Shown: positions 8,798-17,946, counted from the stretch's first letter. The stretch: DNA of 64,000 bases from Acidobacteriota bacterium (GCA_965248695.1 CBDFKD010000002.1:4288001-4352000), one strand, 5' to 3'. Numbers and translations are program-made. Notes: generated by a model from the sequence alone, not told the origin.

Positions 8798-10737
8798 CAT
8801 CGAAGGGCTTCGCCGCGTTGGCGGCTGCTGCCTACCTGGCGTGGCTGGTCCTGGCGAGTCCCCACACGTCGAAGGCGCTGGTGTTCCTGGTGGGCGCCGC
8901 CCTGTTCTACGCCGGCCTGTGGATGTGGGCGCGACGACGGGCGCAGCTGCATGGGTGGGTCCGCGTCGCGCGAGAGACCGTCGACGTCCAGGTTCTGTGC
9001 CTCGTGCTGGTCTACGGGCTGGCGGTGCTGAGTACCACGCCAGTGGCGATCACCAGCGACGGTTGTCTGTATTTCGGCTACCTGCGCAGCGCGATCTTCG
9101 ACGGCGATCTCGAGATCACCAGCGAGTTGGCGGTGCTGTCGCTGCCGGTGCGTCACCATTCGATGGTCCCGGTGGGGCCGATCATCGTGTGGGCGGTGCC
9201 GTACGCGACGGTCTACCTGGCCGATCAGGCGGGCCGTGCGCTGGCGCTCTGGGACGCTCCGGCGGATCGCACCACCGATGGTCTTACCGGGCCCTACGTT
9301 TGGGCCGTGCTGATTACGTCGTTCCTCATCGGGGCGGCCGGCCTGGTGCTACTGCATCTGAAGCTCCGGGAGCTCTTCCCGCGGCGCATCGCGCTGGTGG
9401 CGACGCTACTGACGTACAGCGCCACGACGCTCGTCTGGTACATGATCTACGAGCCGTCATTGCCACACGCCGCGTCGTTCGGCCTGATAGCGGCGTTCCT
9501 GGTGGCCGCCGAGCGCTGGGCGCGCCACCGGTGCCCGAGCGTGTCGGAAGCCGCGATTCTGGGGACCTTGTTCGGGCTCGCGACGCTTGTTCGGCCACAG
9601 AACGGACTGTTCGGTATTTTCCTGCTCGGCTTTGTCGTATCCGTGCGGGTCATCCCGCGCCTGCGACTACGTCTCGCGGTGACGCCGCGCGTCGTCGCCG
9701 CCTTCCTTGCGCCGTTGATTCCGATGGCACTCCTGCAATGGCGGATGGCGCGCTCCCTGCTGGCCCGGCAGCCGTACTCCCTGGTCGGCGAGCGCGGCTA
9801 TCTGGATTTCTTCGAGTCGCGCTGGTCCGAGGTGCTGTTCTCCTCGTGGCACGGGCTCTTCAGCTGGACACCGGTGACCTACCTGGCTTTCATCGGTACG
9901 CTTGTCTACCTGCGACGCGATCGTCGCTGGGCGGCGCTGGCGCTGACGGTGTTTGCGGCGATGGTTTGGGTGAACGGCAGCCCGATCGATTGGCACGGAG
10001 CCTGGGCCTTTGGTGGCCGTCGGTTCACCAGCACGTTGGTCATCCTGGCGCCGGGGTTGGCCACAATGCTTGCCGTCGTGTGGCGCCGGCCGATGCTACT
10101 GGTGGCGCCGCTGGCAATCGTCGCGGCGTACTGGAACTTCCTGCTGATGGTGCAGTGGAACTTCGACCGGGTGCCGCGGGAACAACCCGTGCGCTTCGAT
10201 CAGTTGAGCCAGGAGCAAGTGCGCCTTTACTACGCCGAGTCGTACTTCTATCCGTTCGCATTCCCCGCCAATCTGTTGTTTAGCTGGCGCGAGGGACTAC
10301 CGCTGGAGAAGTACGATCTGCTAGGTGTGGTGCGGCCCGAGCGCGAGTTCTCTGCGACCTTCGACGAGAGCGTCGACAAGTATCTGCTGAACGGCTGGAG
10401 CTCAGGAGGTTGCGCTCCCGGCATGAGCGACTGTCGCGGCTTCCGACAGGTCGGGGCGATCGCGGTGCCGCTTGACCCGGACGGCGCCAGCACACTCTCG
10501 TTCTCGCTTCGTGCCTGGCTTCTCGCCGCCGGCGAGCCGGCGGAATTGGCCGTCCGCGTCAACGGCGAGCGCGTTGGCAGGCTGCGATTGAGCTCCACTC
10601 CGACGGAGTTCGAGCTCTCGATTCCGGCGGACAGGTTCCGTGTTGGTTTCAACCGCGTACGATTCAGGCTGGACACAGGCACGCGCCGCTCGGGCGACGT
10701 CGGGGTCAGTTCACTACGTGTGAGGCCGAGTGAGTAG
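8794..10737 (+). CDS. Polytopic GT-C-fold glycosyltransferase (ArnT/RgtA/PMT-like) with a C-terminal soluble beta-rich domain
   Basis: Many TM segments; first loop SDGCLYFGYLRSAIFDGDL; later motifs LFSSWHGLFSWTP and WHGAWAFGGRRF. TTG start overlaps the upstream TGA (ttga). Confidence 0.72.
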   Translation: MTSKGFAALAAAAYLAWLVLASPHTSKALVFLVGAALFYAGLWMWARRRAQLHGWVRVARETVDVQVLCLVLVYGLAVLSTTPVAITSDGCLYFGYLRSAIFDGDLEITSELAVLSLPVRHHSMVPVGPIIVWAVPYATVYLADQAGRALALWDAPADRTTDGLTGPYVWAVLITSFLIGAAGLVLLHLKLRELFPRRIALVATLLTYSATTLVWYMIYEPSLPHAASFGLIAAFLVAAERWARHRCPSVSEAAILGTLFGLATLVRPQNGLFGIFLLGFVVSVRVIPRLRLRLAVTPRVVAAFLAPLIPMALLQWRMARSLLARQPYSLVGERGYLDFFESRWSEVLFSSWHGLFSWTPVTYLAFIGTLVYLRRDRRWAALALTVFAAMVWVNGSPIDWHGAWAFGGRRFTSTLVILAPGLATMLAVVWRRPMLLVAPLAIVAAYWNFLLMVQWNFDRVPREQPVRFDQLSQEQVRLYYAESYFYPFAFPANLLFSWREGLPLEKYDLLGVVRPEREFSATFDESVDKYLLNGWSSGGCAPGMSDCRGFRQVGAIAVPLDPDGASTLSFSLRAWLLAAGEPAELAVRVNGERVGRLRLSSTPTEFELSIPADRFRVGFNRVRFRLDTGTRRSGDVGVSSLRVRPSE

Positions 10738-10779
10738 GCGTGGGCTCACTGGCACGTTCGCCACCGGGAGGGATGGAAG

Positions 10780-11769
10780 GTGACCGCAGGCGCCCCTCGC
10801 TCTGAAGGTGAGCGAAGATCAGTTCCGATCGTCATCCCCGTCTACCGGGGCGCTGGATTGCTCGCCGATCTGGCCAACGAGCTGCGGGCGGCCATTGAGG
10901 ATCTGCAGTACGAATTCGAGATCGTTTTCGTCGAGGATGGAAGCCCCGACGCATCGATCGACGAGCTGCTGCGGCTCGTCGATGTCGACGATCGGATTCG
11001 CGTAGTCGAGCTGGCCGGGAATTTTGGTCAGCATGCGGCACTGAGTGCCGGGTTCGAGCACTCCAGGGGCGACTACATCGTCAGCATGGATGCGGACATG
11101 CAGTTTGACCCGCGGGAGATCTCGGCACTGCTGGCGCCTCTCGATCAGGGCGCCGACTTCGTCAGCGGAATCCGACGCGGGCGGCGCGATCCGCTGGTGC
11201 GGCGTCTGTTCTCGCGCGCGGTGAACTGGATGGCGCAAACACCCGCCGGGGTGCGCCTCGACGATATCGGTTGCCCCTACAACGCGCTGACCCGACAGGT
11301 GGCGAACGACGTGGCCGCCTTCGGCGAGATGCGTCGGTTCCTCAAGCCCACCGTGGCTCGAGTGGCTCGGAAGGTCTCCCAGGTTGAAGTACAGCACCGT
11401 CCGCGACCGGAGGGCAGACGCCGGTCGAGCTACACGCCAACCCGTCTTCTTCGGCTGTTCATGGACTTTGCCAGCGCCAATCTGGTCGATGTGTTCTCGT
11501 GGATCTTCGTGCTCGGACTGGCGGCCGCCGGTCTGCTCGGCGTCGGTTCGGCGCTCCTGGCGGCGGCGGCTGTCGCCGGTCGGGCCACGGCGACTCCGGC
11601 CGTGCTCCTGTTTGCCATGACCGTGCTGGCATTGGCAACGGCGATACTCGGGCTGACCGGCGATTTCGTTCAGCGCACCTATCGGCAAACCAGCGGCCGT
11701 CCGTTGTACCGGGTGCGGCGGGTGCACCAGGGCCCTGACGTGGCCGATGACGCCGGTCAGAGCTGGTAG
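10780..11769 (+). CDS. GT2 polyprenol-phosphate glycosyltransferase (ArnC/GtrB-like)
   Basis: IVIPVY, VEDGSPD, NFGQHAALSAG, MDADMQ and DIGC motifs; two C-terminal TM helices; RPLYRV tail. Confidence 0.85.
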   Translation: MTAGAPRSEGERRSVPIVIPVYRGAGLLADLANELRAAIEDLQYEFEIVFVEDGSPDASIDELLRLVDVDDRIRVVELAGNFGQHAALSAGFEHSRGDYIVSMDADMQFDPREISALLAPLDQGADFVSGIRRGRRDPLVRRLFSRAVNWMAQTPAGVRLDDIGCPYNALTRQVANDVAAFGEMRRFLKPTVARVARKVSQVEVQHRPRPEGRRRSSYTPTRLLRLFMDFASANLVDVFSWIFVLGLAAAGLLGVGSALLAAAAVAGRATATPAVLLFAMTVLALATAILGLTGDFVQRTYRQTSGRPLYRVRRVHQGPDVADDAGQSW

Positions 11770-12758
11770 CCACGTGCGCATAGATACCCTCAGCGCGGAC
11801 CAGCTCTCCGCTCTGGACGGTCTAATCGGGCGCTTTCCGCACAACCCGTATCGCCACTACCGCATCCTTTCCAGACGCCGACAGGCCAACGTGCTCCGCG
11901 CCATGGTGCAGCAACCGGTCGATGCCGGCGCCGGTACCGCGTTCATGGCGGTCGAGAACGACCCCGCTGATCCTCCTGCGGCCTGCGTGCTGCGAACGCT
12001 TCCCTGGGAGACGGAATTCTTCGGCGTGAACATGGCGCGGCTTGAATCGATGCTCGGCAGCGACGCCGCGCCCGGTGCCCTTCGAGGACTCCTCGACGCG
12101 GCAGTAGAGGAGGCGCGGGGAACGGGAATCGAGCACCTGGCAGCGCGTGTCGATATCGCCGACTGCAAGGTAGTCCACATGCTGGAAGATCTCGGGTTTC
12201 GCCTGATGGATACGCTGGTCACATACATCTACGGACACAAGGAGAAGACACCGAAGGACGTGCGCAACATGGGATTGCTACGTCCGTACGAACCGGAGGA
12301 TCGCCAGCAGCTCCTCGAGATCGCCGCCGAGGCCTACGCCGGCTTCAGCGGTCGCTATCACAACGATCCCCATATTGCGGACGAGCGCGCCACGGCGATG
12401 TACGTCGAGTGGGCGCGACGATGTGTCGACGGCGAATGGGCCGAGCGCGTCTTGGTCACCGAGAACGGCCAGGGGCACCTGCACGGCCTTCGCCACCTTC
12501 CGGCGCATCGAACCGCTGTCGAGCGTGGGCGGCGTCGGTGTACAAGGAGGTGGACTCGGCGGGTGCCGGCGCAACCGCCCCGGCGCCTACATGGGTCTGC
12601 TGCAGGGGGCAGCCCAACGGATCCACGGCCAGGGTGCGGTTACCGAGTGTCAGACGCAGAGCTTCAACTTCCCGACGATCCGTCTGTATGAGGCTCTCGG
12701 GCAACGGTTCGTCCGCGCCGAGCACACGTTCCACGTGTGGCTGGGTACGAGCGATTAG
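11747..12758 (+). pseudogene. WecD-like (dTDP-fucosamine acetyltransferase family) double-GNAT protein with a frameshift near 12486-12489
   Basis: LPWETEFFG, GRYHNDPHI and MYVEW lie in frame +2. The C-terminal TQSFNFPTIRLYEALG...HTFHVWL lies in frame +3. cac ggc C ttc gcc acc shows one extra base. Confidence 0.72.
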
Positions 12759-13044
12759 TGGCCTGTAACAGATGAATCGATAGCGCCGCAGATGGGATTT
12801 GCGGGCGAGATCAAGGCGCGGCGAGGAAGGCGATGCCGCGGCGCATCGTCGACGAGTCGCAACGCCGAGTTCGCCCGCAACTGCCTATCTGTCCGCAGGC
12901 CAACCAGAGCAACAGTGGCGAAATCGGGCCGCCTGCTCTGTTGCTCCTCCTCGGAGATGCACCAACATCGACTCGTCGGAGCGCCTTGCATCCGACCCCA
13001 TTTCGCCACCACGGCACTATCGATTCATCTGTTACAGGCCACTA
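12756..13044. mobile_element. 289-bp MITE-like non-autonomous element with 28-bp perfect terminal inverted repeats bounded by TA
   Basis: tagtggcctgtaacagatgaatcgatag (12756-12783) is the exact reverse complement of 13017-13044, extending to 33 bp with one mismatch. Two internal hairpin arms; no credible ORF. Confidence 0.82.
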
Positions 13045-14949
13045 GTCGCTCCACTCGTTGCGCTGAACCACCGGTAGTTGCAGCGCCCGCTCACGGTCCA
13101 GGTCGAGTGAGCCGACATGCAGCGACAGCGGTGACTGTACCCACTTGTAGATCGAGCGGGTGAATAGCCGCGCGAACCGTTGCGCCCAGGTGCCCAGCGT
13201 TTCGGCGTCGTGCTCGGGGAAGATCGAGATCAGCGCCCGGTGGATCTCGCCCGGCGACAGCTTCTCGCCGGCGTACAGGTACAGGCAAGCGTCGAGCACC
13301 GCGAAGGGCATGAGCTCGGCCTCGGCCTCTTGCTGCTCGGCGAGCTCCGGCCCAGGCTCGGTTGCGAGCGTCTGGCGGATCCCCTCGAACCCGAAGCGCT
13401 CGAGCAGGCGCTCCAGCAGTGCGACGACGACGGTCTTGGGTACGTTGGCGATGACCGACAGCGCGCCTTCGAGATCGCCCCCGATCGTCGTGTATCCGAC
13501 CGCCTTCTCGCTCATGTCACCGGTTTGCAGGAACAGGGCGCCGGAGCTATTGGCCCAGTTCCACATACGTTGCGCCCGCAGCCGCGCCTGGATGTTCTGT
13601 TCGGTCAGGTCGGTCGGCTCGGCCCCCGCCAGCATCTCGCGGGTTGCCTCCAGCTCGCGATCGAACGCCTCATCGATGGCAAGCGTGCGTAGTTCGACGC
13701 CGAGCTCGTCGCAGATCACAGCGGCCGCATTGCGGGTGCCGTCGGTGGAGAATCGGCTTGGCATGTAGAAGGCCTGAATCAGCCGTCCAGACGCCGCACG
13801 GAGCTCGTCGCCGGATTCGTGGCCGCTGAGCATCTGCACCGACCTCCAGGCGATGAGCAGCGTCAGCAGCGAATCGCGACCACCGGATAGCGCCAGGCCG
13901 AAGCGGCTGAAACACTCCGTCTTGCTGAAGTAGTCCTTGGTCCCGAGCGCAATGGCGTCGAACAGGTCATCGAGCACACGCACCCGGGTACGCACCCGGC
14001 CGGTGGCGACCGGGGGCAGGAAGAAGCTGCGATCCTTCGGGAACGGGTAGGCGAGGGCGCTGCCGTCCGCCACCGGCGCACCGGATACCAGGGCGGGAAC
14101 CGGGAGTGAGTCCTCGAGGAATTCCTCGCAGTCACGGCGCCAGGTGGTGTTCTCGGTGCGTAGCCGGCGGGTGCGATCGAGGTCCACGACACAGCTCGTG
14201 AAGCCTTCGCGGAAACGCGGCGCCAGCAGTTCGCGGCGCCCGTTCTGGAATACGAACCCGCCGCCGTCGTAGATGAAGCCGTCCTGCGCACCGACGGCGT
14301 TCGAATAGGCGAGCGTCACCTGGTTGTCGGCCGAGCGCGTTGCCAACATCTCGCGACGCGTCTCCATGATGCCGACGCGGTACGGAGACGCCGAGATGTT
14401 GACGATCAATTCGGCGCCCGAATAGCAGCGCCTTCGCATCGGGCCGTCCGGTGACCAGACATCCTCGCAAACCTCAACGGCGATGCGCCCGAACTCGAAC
14501 TCGAACAGGTGGTCACCCAGGGGCAGTCCGGCGGCTTCGAGTTGCAGATGCGCGCTGCCACGCGAGAACGTCCGGCCCTCGTAGAAGATGTTGTACGTCG
14601 GCAGCTTCTCCTTGGGAACGAGGCCGAGGATGCGTCCGCCGTGGATCACCGCCGCGGTGTTGAACAGCTGCCCGCCGACCGCCACGGTGAGCCCGACCAC
14701 CAACACCGAGCCGAGCTCTTGCGTATCCGAGGCCAGGCGCTCGAGCTGGTGACGCTGTTCGGCGACGAAGCCGCGCCATTGAATAAGGTCTTCGGGCGGG
14801 TAGCCGCCGATGATCTGCTCGCTGAAGCAGCTGACGGTGACTTCGTCGTCCGCCATGTCCCGAGCACAGGCGATGATCTGGTCGGTGTTGCTGGCGGTCG
14901 CCCCTACGGTTGTGTTGAGGCTGGCAAGGCCGATCTTGATGAGTCGCAT
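13042..14949 (-). CDS. nadE: Glutamine-dependent NAD+ synthetase
   Basis: Nitrilase domain with E-K-C triad (SEQIIGGYPP, PKEKLP, VCEDVW) and synthetase domain SGGRDS, QNIQARLR, SEKAVGYTT. Confidence 0.95.
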   Translation of the reverse strand: MRLIKIGLASLNTTVGATASNTDQIIACARDMADDEVTVSCFSEQIIGGYPPEDLIQWRGFVAEQRHQLERLASDTQELGSVLVVGLTVAVGGQLFNTAAVIHGGRILGLVPKEKLPTYNIFYEGRTFSRGSAHLQLEAAGLPLGDHLFEFEFGRIAVEVCEDVWSPDGPMRRRCYSGAELIVNISASPYRVGIMETRREMLATRSADNQVTLAYSNAVGAQDGFIYDGGGFVFQNGRRELLAPRFREGFTSCVVDLDRTRRLRTENTTWRRDCEEFLEDSLPVPALVSGAPVADGSALAYPFPKDRSFFLPPVATGRVRTRVRVLDDLFDAIALGTKDYFSKTECFSRFGLALSGGRDSLLTLLIAWRSVQMLSGHESGDELRAASGRLIQAFYMPSRFSTDGTRNAAAVICDELGVELRTLAIDEAFDRELEATREMLAGAEPTDLTEQNIQARLRAQRMWNWANSSGALFLQTGDMSEKAVGYTTIGGDLEGALSVIANVPKTVVVALLERLLERFGFEGIRQTLATEPGPELAEQQEAEAELMPFAVLDACLYLYAGEKLSPGEIHRALISIFPEHDAETLGTWAQRFARLFTRSIYKWVQSPLSLHVGSLDLDRERALQLPVVQRNEWSD

Positions 14950-14988
14950 GGAGGTCCTTGCTTCAGTCGCCGACGAGCGGCGACCGAC

Positions 14989-15837
14989 CTACTCCCGTAA
15001 GACCGTGTCCAGCAGAACGCGTGCCAGTTCCGGCTTCCACAAGCGGCCCTCTCCGCTCTCGATCGTGCGACGCGCGATCTCGGGCGAGAGTGCTGGCCGG
15101 TAGGCACGCTCCGAAGTCAGGACGTTGTAGACATCGCAGATACCGACGATCTGAGCGCCGAGCGGAATGTCCTCGTCAGCCAGGCCGGCCGGGTAGCCGC
15201 TGCCGTCCCAGCGCTCCTGGTGGGATCGCACCAGCGGCACGACGTCGCCGAGATTCGCGAAGTCGCCGAGGATCTCGCCGCCGAATTCCGGGTATTGCTT
15301 CACCAGCGACCACTCCTCGGGGGTCAACTTGCCGCGCTTGTTGAGTACCGATTCTGGCACCCGCAGCTTGCCGATGTCATGCACCAGCGCGGCGATCTCG
15401 ATGCACTCGGCTTCGTCGTCGCTCAACTCGAGATGCTGGGCCATTTTCCGAGCCAGTTCGGCAACGGTGACGGAGTGGCGGGTAATGAAGCTGTCGCGCT
15501 CCTCGACGCTCGTCATGATCTCTTCGAGTCGGGTGCGCAGAGCCTTGCTGTCTCGCGGCTCGTCGGTAACCTCGGCGAGCAGATCTTCGGTGGACGCGGT
15601 GTCGACCGCAGTCGGGGCGTTCTCGGCCTCTACTTGAGTGGGAAGAGCTGTGCCGCCTATGGAGGCCGCGGCTGCCGGCACTCCGCCCGACAGCATCAGA
15701 CGCAGCGCGTCGGCGATGACCTCGCTGGGCTCCTTGGCCGACTGCTCGCACAGGTCCTCGACCCGCGCCCACAGACGGCTGGGAACGTACACGACCTGCT
15801 CGACGAAGCCACCCGGCTTCCTCGTTCCTTTGGACAC
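14989..15837 (-). CDS. HD-GYP domain protein with an N-terminal ribbon-helix-helix-like module
   Basis: HSVTVA, VHDIGK, HQERWDGSGYP, ICDVY and RAYR motifs. GTG start at 15837 follows GGAG. N-terminus QVVYVPSRLWARVEDLCEQSAKEPSEVIADAL fits the RHH pattern. Confidence 0.85.
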   Translation of the reverse strand: MSKGTRKPGGFVEQVVYVPSRLWARVEDLCEQSAKEPSEVIADALRLMLSGGVPAAAASIGGTALPTQVEAENAPTAVDTASTEDLLAEVTDEPRDSKALRTRLEEIMTSVEERDSFITRHSVTVAELARKMAQHLELSDDEAECIEIAALVHDIGKLRVPESVLNKRGKLTPEEWSLVKQYPEFGGEILGDFANLGDVVPLVRSHQERWDGSGYPAGLADEDIPLGAQIVGICDVYNVLTSERAYRPALSPEIARRTIESGEGRLWKPELARVLLDTVLRE

Positions 15838-15917
15838 AAGTCTTCTCCACGCGCAGGCGAGCAAGAACAGCCTGGGCTGCACTGGACTTTCTTCGTTGCT
15901 TGGCTATGCTGCGGCCC

Positions 15918-16337
15918 ATGATACCTCTACGGGACCACCGCGCCGTAACGATTTCGATCGTCGGCGTGCTGCTGAGCGCCGCGAGTGCCTGCGCCACGAT
16001 CCACCCCCATCTGGCCCCGATCGATGACGATCAGATACGGGTCGAGATCCACGACGCGCTCCAGCAGGACGATCGCATCGACGCGGAGACGATCAGCGTC
16101 GAATCGCGCGACGGCGTCGTGATCCTCGCCGGCGTAGCGGCCTCGGTGGACGAGGTCCGACGCGCGCTGCGGCACGCCGGTCGAGTGCGCGGGGTGCAAC
16201 AGGTCGTGAACCGCCTGCGCGTGATCCCCAACGGTGCCCCGTCGAGGAGCTCTGACGCTGAGATCGCCAGCAACCCCCACGCGCCCAACGGGTTACGGCG
16301 TAACCAGACCCACCCGAGTTCTTCAGCACCCTGCTAG
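15918..16337 (+). CDS. BON-domain lipoprotein
   Basis: Lipobox-like LLSAASA-C; BON motif DDQIRVEIHDAL...ISVESRDGVVILAG...VRGVQQVVNRLRV. Confidence 0.82.
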   Translation: MIPLRDHRAVTISIVGVLLSAASACATIHPHLAPIDDDQIRVEIHDALQQDDRIDAETISVESRDGVVILAGVAASVDEVRRALRHAGRVRGVQQVVNRLRVIPNGAPSRSSDAEIASNPHAPNGLRRNQTHPSSSAPC

Positions 16338-16900
16338 AGCAACTTCAGCGCCTGCACGATAAGCAGCGCGACCATGACGGCGACGGTGCGTAGCTCGCGG
16401 TTGTCACGCGCCTGCTGCCAGGAAAATGGCGAGCGCTCGTCGGCGTTGTCCTCCCATGGGTCGCCAGGACGGGTGCCCGGAACCAGTCGCGGTACCCGCT
16501 CGAGGTACTCCTTGTATTCGGCGCCGAACAGCGACTGGAGCCGCAATTCCTCGACGTGCATCGTCGGCAGGTAAAACCCCGCATAGAGCACGGCGAAGCC
16601 GGCCAGCCAGATCGGCGCGCGCAAAGCCAGCGCGGCCAACCCCAATCCGATGAGAAGGCTGCCGAGGTAGAGCGGGTTGCGCACGTGTCGGTACGGTCCT
16701 CCGCGCGTCAACTCGACGTTGCGGACGAGGTGGCCGCACGCCCAAACGCGTATCGCTTCGCCGGCTGCGACGAACGCCGCGCCGAGCATGAAACGCTCGG
16801 CGGAAGTACGGCTGAGGGCGACATACAGCAGCGCGAACAGGATGCCGGCGTGTACGCGATGGTGCGCCGCCCAGGCCCTCCATCGTTCGATCAGGCGCAT
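16334..16900 (-). CDS. ICMT/PEMT-family membrane methyltransferase (LmtA-like candidate)
   Basis: LTRGGPYRHVRNPLYLG and EELRLQSLFGAEYKEYLERVPRL motifs; several TM helices; 2 nt downstream of waaC. Confidence 0.85.
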   Translation of the reverse strand: MRLIERWRAWAAHHRVHAGILFALLYVALSRTSAERFMLGAAFVAAGEAIRVWACGHLVRNVELTRGGPYRHVRNPLYLGSLLIGLGLAALALRAPIWLAGFAVLYAGFYLPTMHVEELRLQSLFGAEYKEYLERVPRLVPGTRPGDPWEDNADERSPFSWQQARDNRELRTVAVMVALLIVQALKLL

Positions 16901-16902
16901 CC

Positions 16903-17946
16903 CTACGAATCCGGATTCAGGCGCGCGAGCCCCGCCTCAACGATCTGCTGGGCCGAGATCGCGTCGAGGCAGGCATTGGTGCCGAGTGGGCAGCGCCGTT
17001 GATGGCAATGCGAGCACTCCAAGCGCTCGCAAACTACCTTGTCCATAGGTGCCAGGGGACCGAGGCGAGTCGGATCGGTGGGGCCGAACAGTGCCACGGA
17101 GGGTGCCCCACAGGCTACCGCGAGATGCAACGGGGCGCTGTCTCCTCCGATGAACAACGCGGCGCGCTCGAGCAATGCGCTGAGCTGTGGCAGCGTGGTA
17201 CGGATTGAGGCGTGGCTGCCGTTGCCCGCAGTGTCCGCCAGCGAGCGCGTTGTTGCCTGTTCCCCTGGCCCCCATGTCCAGATCACCGGACGGCCGGTGT
17301 GCCCATGCAACTCACGCGCGACGCTCACCAGCCGCTCCGGTTGATAGCGCTTGCTCTGCCAGTTTGCCGCCGGATGTAGCACGATCGGACGGCGGCCTCC
17401 GAGCCCGTCGAGGTAAGCGTCGATATACGTGGCGTCGTCGGACGAGGCAAGCGTCGGCCACTCCACTCCGGACTGCGACGCCCCCGCCTCGTGTGCCAGG
17501 TGCAGGTACCGGTGCACGACGTGACCGTCCGTGGGTGCTACGGCTGTGCTTTGATACATGCTTGCTGCCCAGGGCTCGCGCGCCGATGAACGCGCCCAGC
17601 CCAGCGTGCGGGATGCACCCAGTCGAGCCACAACGGCCGACTTCAACAGCCCTTGGAAATCAATCGCCAGCTGATAGCGCTCCGCCCGCAGAGCGCCGAG
17701 GTGGCTGCGGATCGCCCGCACCACGGTGGGCGTGATCCACCGCCGCCGCCACGCCTGGATATCGAGCTCATGCACCAGCAGTGGCCCCGGCAGGCGGCGC
17801 ACGAGCTCGGCGGCGGCGTGTTCAACGGCCCACCCGAATCGCGTCGCCGGCCACGCCTGTCGCAGCGCCAGATAAGCGGGGAACGTATGGATGACGTCGC
17901 CGATCGAGCTCAGGCGCACGATCAGAACACTCTCGGGTGCGCTCAC
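16903..17946 (-). CDS. waaC: LPS heptosyltransferase I (GT9)
   Basis: [23 protein letters not shown] and GDSAPLHLA...ALFGPTDP motifs. Confidence 0.85.
   Translation of the reverse strand: MSAPESVLIVRLSSIGDVIHTFPAYLALRQAWPATRFGWAVEHAAAELVRRLPGPLLVHELDIQAWRRRWITPTVVRAIRSHLGALRAERYQLAIDFQGLLKSAVVARLGASRTLGWARSSAREPWAASMYQSTAVAPTDGHVVHRYLHLAHEAGASQSGVEWPTLASSDDATYIDAYLDGLGGRRPIVLHPAANWQSKRYQPERLVSVARELHGHTGRPVIWTWGPGEQATTRSLADTAGNGSHASIRTTLPQLSALLERAALFIGGDSAPLHLAVACGAPSVALFGPTDPTRLGPLAPMDKVVCERLECSHCHQRRCPLGTNACLDAISAQQIVEAGLARLNPDS

Noticed and set aside
12755-13077. Short ORFs inside the inverted-repeat element
   Set aside because: No transposase or other motifs; their shared ...IDSSVTGH ends simply reflect the terminal inverted repeat.
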